From the human T2T-CHM13v2.0 reference genome, Homo sapiens, in assembly GCF_009914755.1 (NCBI RefSeq), contig NC_060926.1: a DNA stretch of 64,000 bases; one strand, written 5' to 3'. Shown piece by piece: positions 41,178-54,491 of this stretch. The translations under genes and the position numbers were made by a program. Position 1 is the stretch's first letter. The number at the start of each line of letters is the position of its first letter. Under the pieces are notes generated by a model that saw only the letters and a program-made list of their open reading frames with translations, had not been told where the DNA came from and searched no databases.

Positions 41178-41515
41178 CTGTAATTCCAGCACTTTGGGAG
41201 GCTGAGGCGATGAATCACTTGAGGTCAGGAGTTTGAGACCAGCCTGGGCAACTTGGCGAAACCCCGTCTCTGCTAAAAATACAAAAAATTAGCTGGGCAT
41301 GGTGGCTCACACCTGAATTCCCAGCAACTCAGGAGGCTGAGGTGGAAGAATCACCTGAGCCCGGGAGGTCAAGGCTGCAGTGAGCTGAGGTCGCACCACT
41401 GCACTCCCACCTGGGCAACCCAACTGGACTGAGATCGTCTCCAAAACGAAAAAAGAAAAGAAAAAGAAACGAGGTTTCATTGACTCGGAGTTCTGCAGGC
41501 TGTACAGGAAGCAGG
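41178..41515 (+). repeat. Inverted duplicate (left arm) of the Alu plus MST flank at 42324-42661
   Basis: Reverse complement of 42324-42661 with about 5 substitutions by eye. Includes the Alu minus its first ~20 nt, the tail, the TSD and ~45 bp of LTR. Confidence 0.95.
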
Positions 41516-42012
41516 CTGTACAGCTCTTCATGAGGTCTAATGAATGACTCCCTCTCAGGCCAGCCCAGCCTGGGGGTGGAGGGAGAAGGATTTATCAGCT
41601 GCTGGGCTTGCGCCGGTCCAGGGTTTACCCCATGGAGCATCTTCTGCATGGTTGGTGCCTCTGTCTTGCAAGCTTAGTGGTGGCCTTGCTGGGGGGTGAG
41701 GGATGAGTGGATTGGGTGAGGCCTGCCTGTGCTGCCCAGGTGAGCCTATGCAGCTTGGCTCCCTGGGAATTGGCGATGGGTTCTGGGGACTGATGTGGCT
41801 AAGGACCCAGGGGGCACACAAGGGGGTCTGTGCTGGCCTCTGCACAGGACAGGCGGCTGGTTCACTCTCACTACACGCCTCTGTAAATGAGAAAACAGAA
41901 GGTCCACTCCTTGGGCCACACAAGGAATGAGCAGTGGATGTGGAAGCTGAGGCTGCCAGAGTGGCCCCAGGGTCAACGAAGAGGGCGTCGACTGGCAGGG
42001 TCCGAGGGGCTC

Positions 42013-42753
42013 TGATACGGTTTGATCTGTGTCCCCACAAACTCTCATGCTGAACTGCAATTCCCAGTGCTGCAGGTGGGGCCTGGTGGGAGGCGATTGG
42101 ATCACAGAACTGGATCCTTCATGAATGGTTTAGTCACATGCCCTTGGTGCTGTTCTCTTGATCGTGAGAGACTTCTCACAAGATCCAGTTATTGAAAAGT
42201 GTATAACACCTGCCCCGTGTCCCTCTTGTTGCTGCTCACGCCATGAGATGTATCTGTTCCCCTTTGCCTTCCGCCATGAGGACAAGCTCCTGGAAGCCCC
42301 TGCAGATGCCAGCATCATGCCATCCTGCTTCCTGTACAGCCTGCAGAACTCCGAGTCAATGAAACCTCGTTTCTTTTTCTTTTCTTTTTTCGTTTTGGAG
42401 ACGATCTCAGTCCAGTTGGGTTGCCCAGGCGGGAGTGCAGTGGTGCAACCTCAGCTCACTGCAGCCTTGACCTCCTGGGCTCAGGTGATTCTTCCACCTC
42501 AGCCTCCTGAGTTGCTGGGAATTCAGGTGTGAGCCACCATGCCCAGCTAATTTTTTGTATTTTTAGCAGAGACAGGGTTTCGCCAAGTTGCCCAGGCTGG
42601 TCTCAAACTCCTGACCTCAAGTGATTCATCGCCTCAGCCTCCCAAAGTGCTGGGATTACAGGCATGAGCCACTATGCCCAGCCAAACCTCTTTTCTTTAT
42701 GACATACCCAGTCTCAGGTATTTCTTTATAGCAATGCGAGAATGGACTAATAC
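42013..42753 (+). mobile_element. MSTA/MSTB-like MaLR LTR with nested old Alu (- strand, ~42376-42682)
   Basis: TGATACGGTTTGATCTGTGTCCCCAC...CCTGTACAGCCTGCAGAAC [Alu] ...CCCAGTCTCAGGTATTTCTTTATAGCAATGCGAGAATGGACTAATACA. Alu TSD AAACCTC(G/T)TTTCTTT lies on both sides. Confidence 0.9.
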
Positions 42754-44348
42754 AGGATCTTCCTGGCTGAGTATGACACTTTTCCAGCCGTGCATGTCAG
42801 ATAGAGACCTGGGCCACTCTGACTCTAGAGTTTCACACACATTTAATAAGTTCCAAATCCCAGTAACCCACATCCTCTCTCACCGTTTCCTGCCCCGCCC
42901 CCATGGCAGGTGGGGAGGCCTTTGGCTTTCCATCTCTCCCTGGGTCCTCTCCTGCCTCTGGGAGCACTTGCCACTGGGTTAGCAGCTGACGGTGAGTGAC
43001 AGTCTGAGAAACAGGCCTAACTTGGTTGAACAGAGGGAGGGCTTCATGTGGCCGGTGTCCCTGGAACAAGGAGCAAGGCTTGAAGTTGCCCGTCTCCTAG
43101 GGGCGACCGCTTCCATTTATCCACCTTTGGGTGCTGTGCAATTGGGATGACGCACCCCGGGCCCCTCTGCACCTCCAGGGTATAAATCTCCCAGCCTTTC
43201 TCTTTCTTGTCCTCACCTTCCTTCCTGAGGTTTAGGCGCACATATGGCAAGCTCCTAATAGGCAGAGGACAACAGCAGCGAGAAAACAGCAGCAACAGAG
43301 GCAGGGCAGGCTATTCAGCAACTGCAAAATAAAGCAAACCGACCCAAAAAACGTGATGAGTCTGTCCCAGCTCTGTGGATTTTGAGCAGCTGTGGAGAGA
43401 GAGAGATGGATCTGTCTCTGCAATTAGTCCTGATGCCAGGTCTGCCTGCTGGGGAGACAGATCTTGGAAGAAGCTAGGAGGGAAAGTCTTAACCACCTGC
43501 CTGGCTGAGAAACAGGCATTGAGCATTTGCCTGCCCAGCGCTGGGCTGAAGTCCTCAACAAACAGACCCCATGAGTCCATAGAAGCCATCCAGGGATCCA
43601 CTCACCCAGTGTGCACTGGGCTGAGATGAAAGTGGGGATCGATGAGCTCGGGAAGGATTATAAAAATATTAAACATAAAATAGCAGGGGCAACGTGCCCT
43701 TCAGCGGTTGCACTTAGCAGAATAAAGATTCTTATTAAAAAGGAAGAGTAATGAGTGTGGCTTTGTCAGAGGTTGAAGCCCACAGCTACAAAATTTCAGT
43801 AGTGTGGATTGGCCCAGGACTACAAGGACAGCTTTGATTAATAGTTTAGGAAGCCTGGAAACAAATCCAAGTATCCTTAATAAGTTACTGTATTATTAAG
43901 GTGATATTTCAAATCAGTGGCAAGAGGATTGATTATTCAATAAGTGGTACTGTGAGATCTACCTAAACCTCTGGGGGGAAAAATGAAGTCAGAGACTCTA
44001 CTTTGCATCTTATACCTCATATATTCCAGGTGGGCCAATGCTCAAAGTCTGAATATTTAATATTCACATAATCTTGGCAGTGCAGAAAAACTTCCTAAGG
44101 GTTCAACATATGCAAAACCCGTGAAACAGAAAATTAACAGATCAGACCACTTAAAGGTCTTCTTTACGTCCAAAATACCAAAGCAGGTGGGCTCTCAGGA
44201 AGCAGCCTCTGAGAGGGAGATGAACAGGCACAGCCTGTGCTTGGGAGAGCAGTTAGGATCCACACCCGACAGAGAGGAGAGGGAGGAGCAGGGGTGGGCA
44301 GAGGAACAAGGAGGACCCCCATGGGGTCTCAACCCCAGCCCTAGCTGA

Positions 44349-44627
<279 letters not shown>

Positions 44628-45746
44628 AAGAGAGCAGGTTTTATATCCCACCATGCACTAGTGATGGGATAAGCCAGGCAGGGTGCAGGAACTTGTAGAA
44701 GTGAAACTCCTCTTTCCAGCTAGCCAAGGCCATTCCTGGCCCAGTGGCGTCAGCTGAGGACTCTGTCCAGTGGTCCTTCAGCCAGGAGGGGTCTGGGCTG
44801 CCTCTGAGTATGTGCCACTAACACGGTAATCCACACTAGAAGACGGTGGGAAAGCTGGGACAACTTTTTCAAAAAGCATCAGATTGAAAAATAAACCTTT
44901 AATATAGGAAGCTATTACAACATCTAACAAATGGCTAAGCGAAACTATGAACATTCCAGTAGAAAGTTGGGCAACAGATGTGAACAGGTGATTCATTCGA
45001 GAAACCACACAAACGTACACTAAAGAGATGGGGGCAACGCTCAGCCCCACACCCCAGGAGAGGAGCTGCTGTTTGTCGTTTGTCAAGTTAGCAAAGATTG
45101 CTTCAAATGGCAGATGGTGATGATTAGGAATTCAATAGGTTTTCATGCTCTACGGGTGGGTTGTAGGATTGCACAGCTTTTCAAGAAGACAGTTTGCTCA
45201 AATGCACAGAATGCCTTTAAGTATCTGCATAGAGGTGGACTCAGCTCGTTGATTGAGAAGCATCTTTCCCCACTGCATTGATGGCTTATGTGTGTGTCTG
45301 TTACTGGGCCCAGCTCCACACCATGGGTCAGTTTGTCTATCTTGTGCCAATATCACGCTCATCTAGTTATTAAAACTTTGTAATAAGTCTTGATATTTTA
45401 CATCATTGTTCTTATTTTTCCAAGACTGACTTAGGGAACCTGAGTTTTTGAATCAGCCTGTCAATTTCTGCAAAAATAATATGCTGGGATTTTGATTGGG
45501 GCTGCCCTGAATTTAAAGATTAATCCAGAGAGAACTGTCCTCTACAAAGCAAAACTTTCAGTTTATTGAGACGTTAACAACTATCCCTCAATAATATTTT
45601 GTAGATATCTGGGAGCAGGTTCCATACATCTTTTGTTAAATCTATTTTTATTTATAACTTCTTTCATTTCTCTCAATGAGGTTTTGTAGATTTTTGTGTA
45701 GAGGTTTTTGTACATACTTTGTTAGATTTATTCTTAGACATTTGAT

Positions 45747-46441
45747 GTTTTTTTTTTCTTCAACTTTCATTTTAAGTTCCAGGGTACATGTGCAGGATGT
45801 GCAGGTTTGTTACACAGGTAAACGTGTGCCATGGTGGTTTGTTGCACAGATCAACCCATCACCTAGGTATTAAGCCAGCATGCATTAGGTATTTATCCTG
45901 ATGCTCTCCCTCCCCCCACCTCCCCAACAGGCCCCAGTGTGTGTTGTTCCCCCAATGTGTCTGTGTTCTGATCGTTCAGCTCCCACTTATAAGTGAGAAC
46001 ATGTGGTGTTTGGTTTTCTGTTCCTGCATTAGTTTGCTGAGGATAATGGCTTCCAGCTCCATCCATGTTCCTGCAAAGAACATAACCTCATTCCTTTTTA
46101 TGGCTGCATAGTATTCCATGGTGTATATTTACCACATTTTCTTTTGCTATCAATGATAGCTTTCAATGCTGTCATTGATAAGCATTTGGGTTGGGTCCAT
46201 CCCTTTGCTATTGTGACCAGTGCTGCAATGAACATACACATGCAGGTATCTTTATAATAGAATGATTTATATTCCTTTGGGTATATACCCAGTAATGGAA
46301 TTGCTGGGTCAAATGGTATTTCTGCTTCTAGATCCTTGAGAGATTGCCATACTGCCTTCCATAGTGGTTTAACTAATTTACACTTCCACCAACACTGTAA
46401 AAGTGTTTCTTTTCCCCTGCAACCTCGCCAGCATCTGTTGT
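45747..46441 (-). mobile_element. L1PA (older primate L1) 3' end inserted in ancient L1M (~45245-47000)
   Basis: TTTTAAGTTCCAGGGTACATGTGCAGGATGTGCAGGTTTGTTACACAGGTAAACGTGTGCCATGGTGG...GGGTATATACCCAGTAATGG...CAACCTCGCCAGCATCTGTTG. Probable TSD ATTTGATGTTTT at ~45740 and ~46445. Confidence 0.92.
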
Positions 46442-49400
46442 GAAATTTGATGTTTTCAATGCTATCATAAATACTGTTGTGTGTAAATCTCTTTTTCTGT
46501 TTGTGTATGACTCACATAGAAATACAATTAATTTTTGCATACTGACTTTATAGCTAGCAAATTTACCAAATTCACTTATTAATTGTAAGTCTTTACATTC
46601 TTTTAGATTTATAATTATGTTTTTCATTTTCATAAGCCCAAATTATTAGATATTTTTCTTAATGATTTTTGGCTTTGATATTAGATTGAGAAAACCTTTT
46701 CCTACTCCAAGGTTATAAAAAATGTTTCTCTTTTTTCTAATGATGCTTTTAATGGCTTTATGGTTTAATATATAAAACCTACTCTCTTTCTCATTTTTTT
46801 TTTTTGCACTGTTAATGTGTTTTACTTTTTCTGCAGAATTCTAGAATTATTTTGACAAAGTAAGAAAAATTCCCCTTGGAATTTTCGTTAGTATTTCAGT
46901 AGCTCTTATTTAAGAATTATTGTCAGTTTTATAACATTCACTTTTACCATTCATGTATGTTTGCATAAGATGTTTGCATTTATTCAGGTCTTCAGTTCAC
47001 TTATCTTAACATATTGTGGTTTTGAGATAAGTGAGACGGTTAGATAAAGCAAGAATAGCGAAATGTGGATACATATTGATGCTGGGCGACGGGCTCAAGG
47101 GAGTCATTTTCCATCTTCTTTACTCTTGTATACATTTGAAAATCTCCAATACAAAAATGGGGAAAAATCTGTCTACCTACTGACCTAGTCATTTGCTTCA
47201 TACAGATTCTGAATCTTTCTTATAAAGGCCATTCTTTTAATTTATTCCAACCACGAATAAGCTCGTTCTCAGTACACACTTGAAATTGTTGCCCTGTCTT
47301 TATAAACCATAAAGCAGTGAAGCAAAGGTTGACTCTAAACCTCTGTTCATTGATTCGTGTAAATGGAACACAAAAATTCCTGAGTGCTTTTCAATAATTC
47401 ATGGTTTGATGAACATGGAAATTCATTTCAACATGTCTTGAGGAGACGGCTACACTCAAATGGACCACCCTCTCCTGGGAACTTAGAGGTGCAGCTCTGT
47501 CGTCCCAGGACTGAGGCAGCAGGCGGGAAGACACGACGGCCTTCCCTGGCCATCATCTCCCCTTCTCCCAGATGCCACGTGATTTAGCATTTTAGAAATG
47601 CCGTTTGCCATGAGAGCATCTGGAGAACGACACACAGGTAACACTGATGAGCTGCCCGCCCTGAAAATAGAGAGAGGTACTTCAGACTTTAGGCCAATCC
47701 CAGCCTCCCTGCTCCTTGGTCAATTAAGCATGAGGTAATAAAAATACCACTTAATAAAAATCGCATTAGGTGCTCTGAGGTTGAGAGAATTTCCAGAATT
47801 GGAGTTTGTTTGGCTCACAGGGCCCTGACCCTGCTTTCTCAGGGTGGACCTTCTCCTCGCGGCCCACGGCAAGGATCCCTTTCCCCATCATGGTGGCCCC
47901 TGGAGATATGCTGACTTTCCTGAATTCCAGTCTGTGGGACGACTCACAGCTGTCTCTTGATTCTCCCACAACACCTGGTTTTGGCGTGGGTGGGACAGGG
48001 CTGAGAGGATGATTTGCACTAGGTTAGGGGACACACACACTCATCCACGTGCATGTGTGCACACCCAGGGATCCCCCTCCATGCCGACTCTCTTCAGTCC
48101 CCGCCTCCTGGATCCCACCCACGCCAGCTGACTCACGATGCCCGGTAGACTCTCCCGGTGCAGCGGCCTCACACCCTGCCACCCTGGCCAGCCAGCCTGT
48201 GCTTCTCTTCCTGATCCTGTTCATGATCACACCCCAGTACCATGAAGGGGGACCCCCCGGATATGCCCAACTCCATGCCTGTGCCCAAGAGGCTTGGCTT
48301 CCAATCTCCTGCAATTGCAGGTTTGTAACACAAACACATGCCATGTTCGCGAGCTCCTGGAGTCAGCCCTTTTCACTTACGTTGGCAAGGCCCCTTTGCA
48401 GGCTGTATATCTGTTTCTTGCTTCTGTCCATTTTCTTAATCTGATACCTTTAGGAGCAATGAAAAATCAAGTCAGTTCCTTTGTTTCACAGATGAGAAAG
48501 TCCAGGGTGCTGCTCCTTGCCCCAAACCACACAGAGGAAACTTCAGAACAAATGAAAATGAGCTTGGAGGTATGATTATCATCTCATATCCCCGCTAAAT
48601 TCGGGGCAACCTGAATGGGTGCCCTAGTTTCTGAAGCTGCTCACATTGGTCACCTCCGGCGACTCCCACTGCCCTCCTAGGCAGGGGAGGTGGCTCAAGG
48701 AGTGCTGGTGATGACGCAGGGGAGCTGTTGGGGCATGGAGGACTCCGGCGAAGAGCTGCACCCCTCTGCACTTCATCCAGGGCTGCGTTCCCACCCCGCT
48801 GCCCCTCCGGTCTCCTAAAGCTGTTGGTCCTCACTCGGTGGGAGAATGGGAGGCCGGCTCTGCCTCGGCTGACTGATCTCTGGCCCATGGGGAAGGTGCC
48901 CATGCAGCTGGCCCGGCTCCTGTGGCCACTGCCCGCCTTCTCGGACTAGGGCTAGAAACTGCTCCTTGAAGAGGGGAAGCCCAGCAACGCCATGTCGGGA
49001 AGGGACAGCCTCTGCACTGCAGCTGCCCACACTTCTGGCCATGAGTAGTTCCAAGCAAGTGGCCACAGAGGTGCTTGGGCAGAGAAAGGAAGAAGCGGCA
49101 CTGCACAGCAGATGGGCAGGAGGGTGAGGCGGGGTGGGGGGCTGGCGCCGGGTGAGCCTTGAGAAAGGTGGGGAAGGTCCATGGCAGGGGGCTGGGGTCA
49201 CAGCAGGACAGTGGCCTGGTCAGCCAGGGAGAGGCCTCCAGTGACAGGGTTGGCCAAGGACATGTTTAAAAGCAAGATCTCAGATAGCCACATGGAAGGG
49301 CCGGGCCACCAAGCGTGCCGGACCAGGACATTCCCCCAGGACGGGAAGATGGCAGGACATGCGGCTGCCATACCTTCCTTGGCAGGTGACGTTTCAGAGA

Positions 49401-50461
49401 AGTCAGGGAAGATAGGGACGGGGCCGAGAGAGGAGAGTCTCCCTGGGGTGAGATGCACGGCCTAGCGTGTTAGAGGATTTGGGCCCAGGAGTGGAGGCAA
49501 TGGTGTGGATATGTGTACTGGTGATTCCATTCTCTTCTCTGTGGATCTGTGGGTGTTTGCTCCATGCTTCTAAACCGCATATTGAGGTGTAAAAGAATAT
49601 CGGGACAGTAAAGTACATTCGCCCTGTGTGTATAGCTTGACAAAGGTTAACGTGTTTTTACATTTTACAAATTTATGTTTTTACCCCGGGGTGACAAGAT
49701 TTAGAACATTTACCATGCCTTCAGGGTTCTCTTCTTTTGCACTTTTTTTCTAACAAACATGTAAATTTTTCTTACTGAAGTACTACATTTTTATGTGTTA
49801 TACTTTTATGTGGCAACTTTTATGTATTTATGCTTCTAGTAGAAATTTAGAATCAGAATTTTAAGTTATAAACCTTTCCCTGGATATTAATTGTTGGTTA
49901 GTGATAGTGACTCCTTGCCTGTTATAATTATACAAATGTTTCCTCCTAGTCTGGCATTTTCTTTTAACTGTGTTCATTCTTCAGAAGTTTAAAAGCTCTA
50001 TGAGATCAACTGTGTCAATATTTTCTTTTATACATTTTGGATTTCATATCCTGATTATGAAGCCCTTTCTCACCCAAGTATTAAAGAAACTGATTTTCCC
50101 CTATTTTCTTCTGCTGTTCCTATAATTGAAACTATTTTGACATTTTATTCATCAGGAATTTGTTTTTGAGTATGATATGAACAGGAATTTAGCAGTTGTT
50201 ATACTGTTGATTTTCCCAATGCTATTTATTTGTGAGTTTCCTCACCGATTGGAAGGTACTTCTGTTACCTATTCAACGGTCATTCTGGGGTACGCTTTCA
50301 ACTGCCTCCCTGTCCCATCGGTCCACTTGTGGTATCTAGCTGCAGTATCTCATTGCTTTGAATAATACTGCTCTACAGTTTGATTTGTTAATAATAGAAA
50401 GTCTCCTGTGATATTTTTAAATTTTCTTGGCATTTTTATATATTTATGCTTTCACTAGAAT

Positions 50462-50725
50462 ATTTATTTATTTAATTTTTATTTCAGTAGCTTTTGGGGT
50501 ACAAGTGGTTTCTGGTGACATGGATGAATTCTACAGTGGGGAATTCTGAGATCTTAGCAGACCTGTCACCTGAGTGGTATACATTGTACCTAATGTGTAC
50601 TTTTTATCCCCAGCCCCCTCCCACCCACCTCCTTTCTGAGTCTCCAGAGTCCATTCCATGCCTCTCTATGCCTTTGTGCACTCATAGCTCCCACTTATAA
50701 TTGAGGACATAGGGTTTTTGATTTT
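50462..50725 (-). mobile_element. L1MA/L1PB 3'-terminal fragment, adjacent to older L1M (~49580-50460)
   Basis: TTTATTTCAGTAGCTTTTGGGGTACAAGTGG...CATGGATGAATT...TACATTGTACC...CTCATAGCTCCCACTTATAA. Confidence 0.82.
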
Positions 50726-51191
50726 AAAAGACACCACATCTTTATTAGTGGAGTTTCACATCTGGAAACAAGATGTGTGTTTGTTTAGGCAAAGCCTCAG
50801 TGTGTCCTCCAGGAGAGCTTAATACTGTTCTTCCCACAGGCCACGTGTGCTTCCCGCAGAGCGTGTGGCCAGGCAGCTCCCAGCTCTCCTTTGGGTCTGA
50901 CACCGCCTCTGTTTTGCACGCTGTTGGCGGGGAGCCGAGCGCTGCACGTCTGGAGCCTTGCTCTGGTGCTGTGGCCACCCGGTGCCTTCCTGGGAGCCAG
51001 CAGAGCTCGGCCCGGGGATGTGCCCTTGCTGGTACGGCCCTGAAAGGTCCCCTTGCCCCTGGGGGACACAGGCCTGCACTGGGCAGTGGGTGGGCTGTGG
51101 AGCATGTGTGGATTTCAGCCCACTCGGCCCTGGGGAAGTCTCTGCTGCCTGGACTCACTGGGTCTGCCCCATCACTTGAGGACAAGCACGC

Positions 51192-51569
51192 ATGAGTTGG
51201 CTTGGGCTGCTGTGAGGAAGCACACAGGCTGGGCGGCTTGAACAACACATGTCCATCCTCTCCCAGTCCTGGAGGCTGGAAGCCCAAGGCCGCAGTGTTG
51301 GCAGGCTGGGTTCCTCCTGAGGCCTCACTCCTTGGCTCACAGATGCTGTCTACTCGCTGTCCTCATGTGGTCATCCTTCTCTGTGTATCTGTGTCCTAAT
51401 CTCTTCTTAGAAAGACATAGTGGTATTGGGTGAGGGTCCACCCAGTTACCTCATTTAACCTTAACGACCTCTTTACATACCTTGTCTCCAAATACAGCCC
51501 CGTTCTGAGGTGCCAGGGTTAGGACGACAACAGATGAATTTTGGGGGGCACACAATTCAGCCCATAACA
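51192..51569 (-). mobile_element. MaLR LTR, MLT1B-like
   Basis: GGGCTGCTGTG...CAGTCCTGGAGGCTGGAAGCCCAAG...GTGTCCTAATCTCTTCTT...CTCATTTAACCTTAA...TCTCCAAATACAG...AATTCAGCCCATAACA. Confidence 0.85.
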
Positions 51570-51661
51570 AATACTGAAGGCTTCTCAGTGGCTCCCTTGA
51601 ATTGTCTGTGTGTGAATAATATCATCTATAAGTAATGGTAATGCTATTTCCCCCTTTCTAA

Positions 51662-51988
<327 letters not shown>

Positions 51989-54491
51989 AGAAAAATAATT
52001 TCTAAACAACCTTGTAAATAAGGCAAAAGAGTGGCTACCGTCCTTTCCCTGGCATCTTGGAGCAGGGTCTAACCAGCCCGCCAGAAGAGTGTGTAATTCT
52101 TTGTGGGGATGTGTCTATATTTGACACAGCTGTTTACTGAGCAGTGCCAGGACTTTGTGAAGTTACCTGTTAACTTGTAGGTTTCATTAGCATGGAGGTT
52201 TCGCTCAGCAGGGATGCAAATGACTCCTGACTCTTAGCAAAGTGAACGCCAGACCTGCACTATTATTGCCCGGTGCGACATCAACCAACACTAGTTCTAA
52301 CCTTGCAATCTTAGTTCCACATTCTCTTCTCATTGCTTGTAAATATAAGCATCTCTTAAAGCGCTCTTTGAGAGCTTTGCCATCTGTTGGTTCTCCCGTT
52401 CATGAGTTAAATAAACCTTTGACACGTGCCCACTGTTTATTTGTAGGAGCGTCTTTCCTTAAATCATTCTCTGGCAGATTATACATGCATCCTGTGTTTA
52501 AGGCTAACCCAAGGAGCATTGATTTGACTCTGAAATTATAGCTGCATTTGTTTCTGGAATAATTTTCTTTAAGCGTTGTAACAATCCCTTACGATTCACA
52601 GATTCCACGTGTCCCCCGGTTGGGCGCTATGCTGTACCTGTGTCCCAGGAAAGCAGACATACTCTTACTGGTGAGCTTCTCTTGTTCATGTTTGGTCTTG
52701 GTAACCCCTCTCAGCTAGTGACCTTGCTGCCTTGGCCTGAGCCCGGTGAACGCTGCAACATGGCGGACTCAATGGCGTTTATTCCACTGTGTGAAACGGC
52801 TTTCTTCTACTTATTTATTATTATTTTTTTTTACCACAGTAAATCTTTTTGACCTGCGTTGGCTGGTGGCAGGTGTGTGGGAGATGGTGTTGGATCCCGT
52901 GCAGGAGACGCAGAGCAGGAGGCTGGAGGAGGAGGGCAGAGCTCTGGGGACTCTACCGCATGGAGAGGAATGACAATGGGTCCAGAGGGTAGGGATGGGC
53001 AGGTGCAGCGGGGATGGCGGCAGAAGGCAGAGTAGCCATCACTGGCCAACCGCTTCTTCCACACCTCTCAATCTCCAGGCACGGCCAGACCTCAGGACAG
53101 AAGAGGTCAGATCTGCCAGGGCACGTGAACATTGGGGAGGCCGTGGAGTCCCAGGGTGACTGCAGCTCCCCTAAGAGCCTGCTGCCCACGAGGTGGCCTC
53201 TCTGCACTCCCCAATTCCAGGGGTTATCTGTGACCCCTCTCCTCTCCTGCCTCCTTTCTTGCTCTCTCCCCTCTCAGCTCTCTCCTACTGTGTCGGCCAC
53301 GTCTTAAAGTCAGTGGTAGACGCAGTAGAGGTGAAGGTGGTTCATGACTCCAGTACGGCATGAAACATGGCTTTCCTCTTTGGTTTCTGAGAACTGTGCA
53401 CTGTGGGGTGAGCATTTACACAGAAGCTCTTGCTGTTTTCCTTCTCTATTGTGGGCTCAGAAATGAGAATGAACAGGGTCCCAAAGGGCACCTCTCTGTT
53501 GTCCCCTCCCTTTCTCCAGATCCCTCACAGGGCCTGCTCCATGCCCAGAGGACTCTGGGTCTCCACCAGGAGAATTGTAGACCCTCTGGGGAGGATCGGG
53601 ATGGTCTGAAGAGGCTGCTGGGAAGCAACCTGCCAGCTTCAGGGCTCAGGCGTCTTGTCCAAGATCTCAGAGGGTGTCACCAGCAGAGGGAACAAAGCCA
53701 GGAGGTGGCACTTTTCCTGGTCACCCTCATCCCAGGCTGCCTCACACAGGTGCCAGGGTGAGGCTGAGGGCCTAGGGGAGGTCCATCTCCCTCTGACTCC
53801 CTTCTCCTTCCCCCCTTCCATGTGCCCCTGAAATTGCATGAGGCCTGAATGGATAATTAGGAATAATCCCTCAATTTTAAGGCCAGCTCCTGAGCAACCT
53901 GCATTCCCCTTTGCTATGCATCCCAACCTACTTCCAGGTTCAGGGATTGGGACGTGGACGTCTCTGGGGAGAGGCATTATTCTTCCCGCCACATAAGCAC
54001 AGAAACCAGCAAAGGCAACATCATTAACTGTGATGGGTGCTGTGGAAACGATAAGCTTGGTGTCCTGAAAAAGCCACAGACAGGACATCGGGAGGGGCCG
54101 TTTGACACTGACGTGAAGACCCAGTGACTAGCTTCTTTCCGGGGTGGGTGCTCCAGCACAGAGATATTTGGAAGATGGTGATCCAGAGCCCCGGTTAGGA
54201 GTGTGGCTGTTATTTTAAGCACAGGTGTGAACCCCGCATGGTTCAAGTAGGAGAGTCACTGGGTCTGGTGTTCATTTCTCTCTGGCTGTGGGTAGAGAAC
54301 AGACTGCTGGGGACAAAGGCTCAGTACGTGGTGCTGCGAAAGCTCATAACAAGCGGTAAACTTGACCTGGTCAAAGGCCAGGAGCAGCCTCCTGGAAAGA
54401 AGGTGCATAAATAGGAGTTAATGAACTGGAGAAGAGAGGATAAGAGTTCTTGGCAGCAGGACTGGAAGAAGAAAAGGGAGCAAGGCCTGTG

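Noticed and set aside
41178-42661. Assigning the inverted repeat to a named catalogued inversion or host gene
   Set aside because: I cannot establish the locus from sequence alone, so naming one would be a guess.
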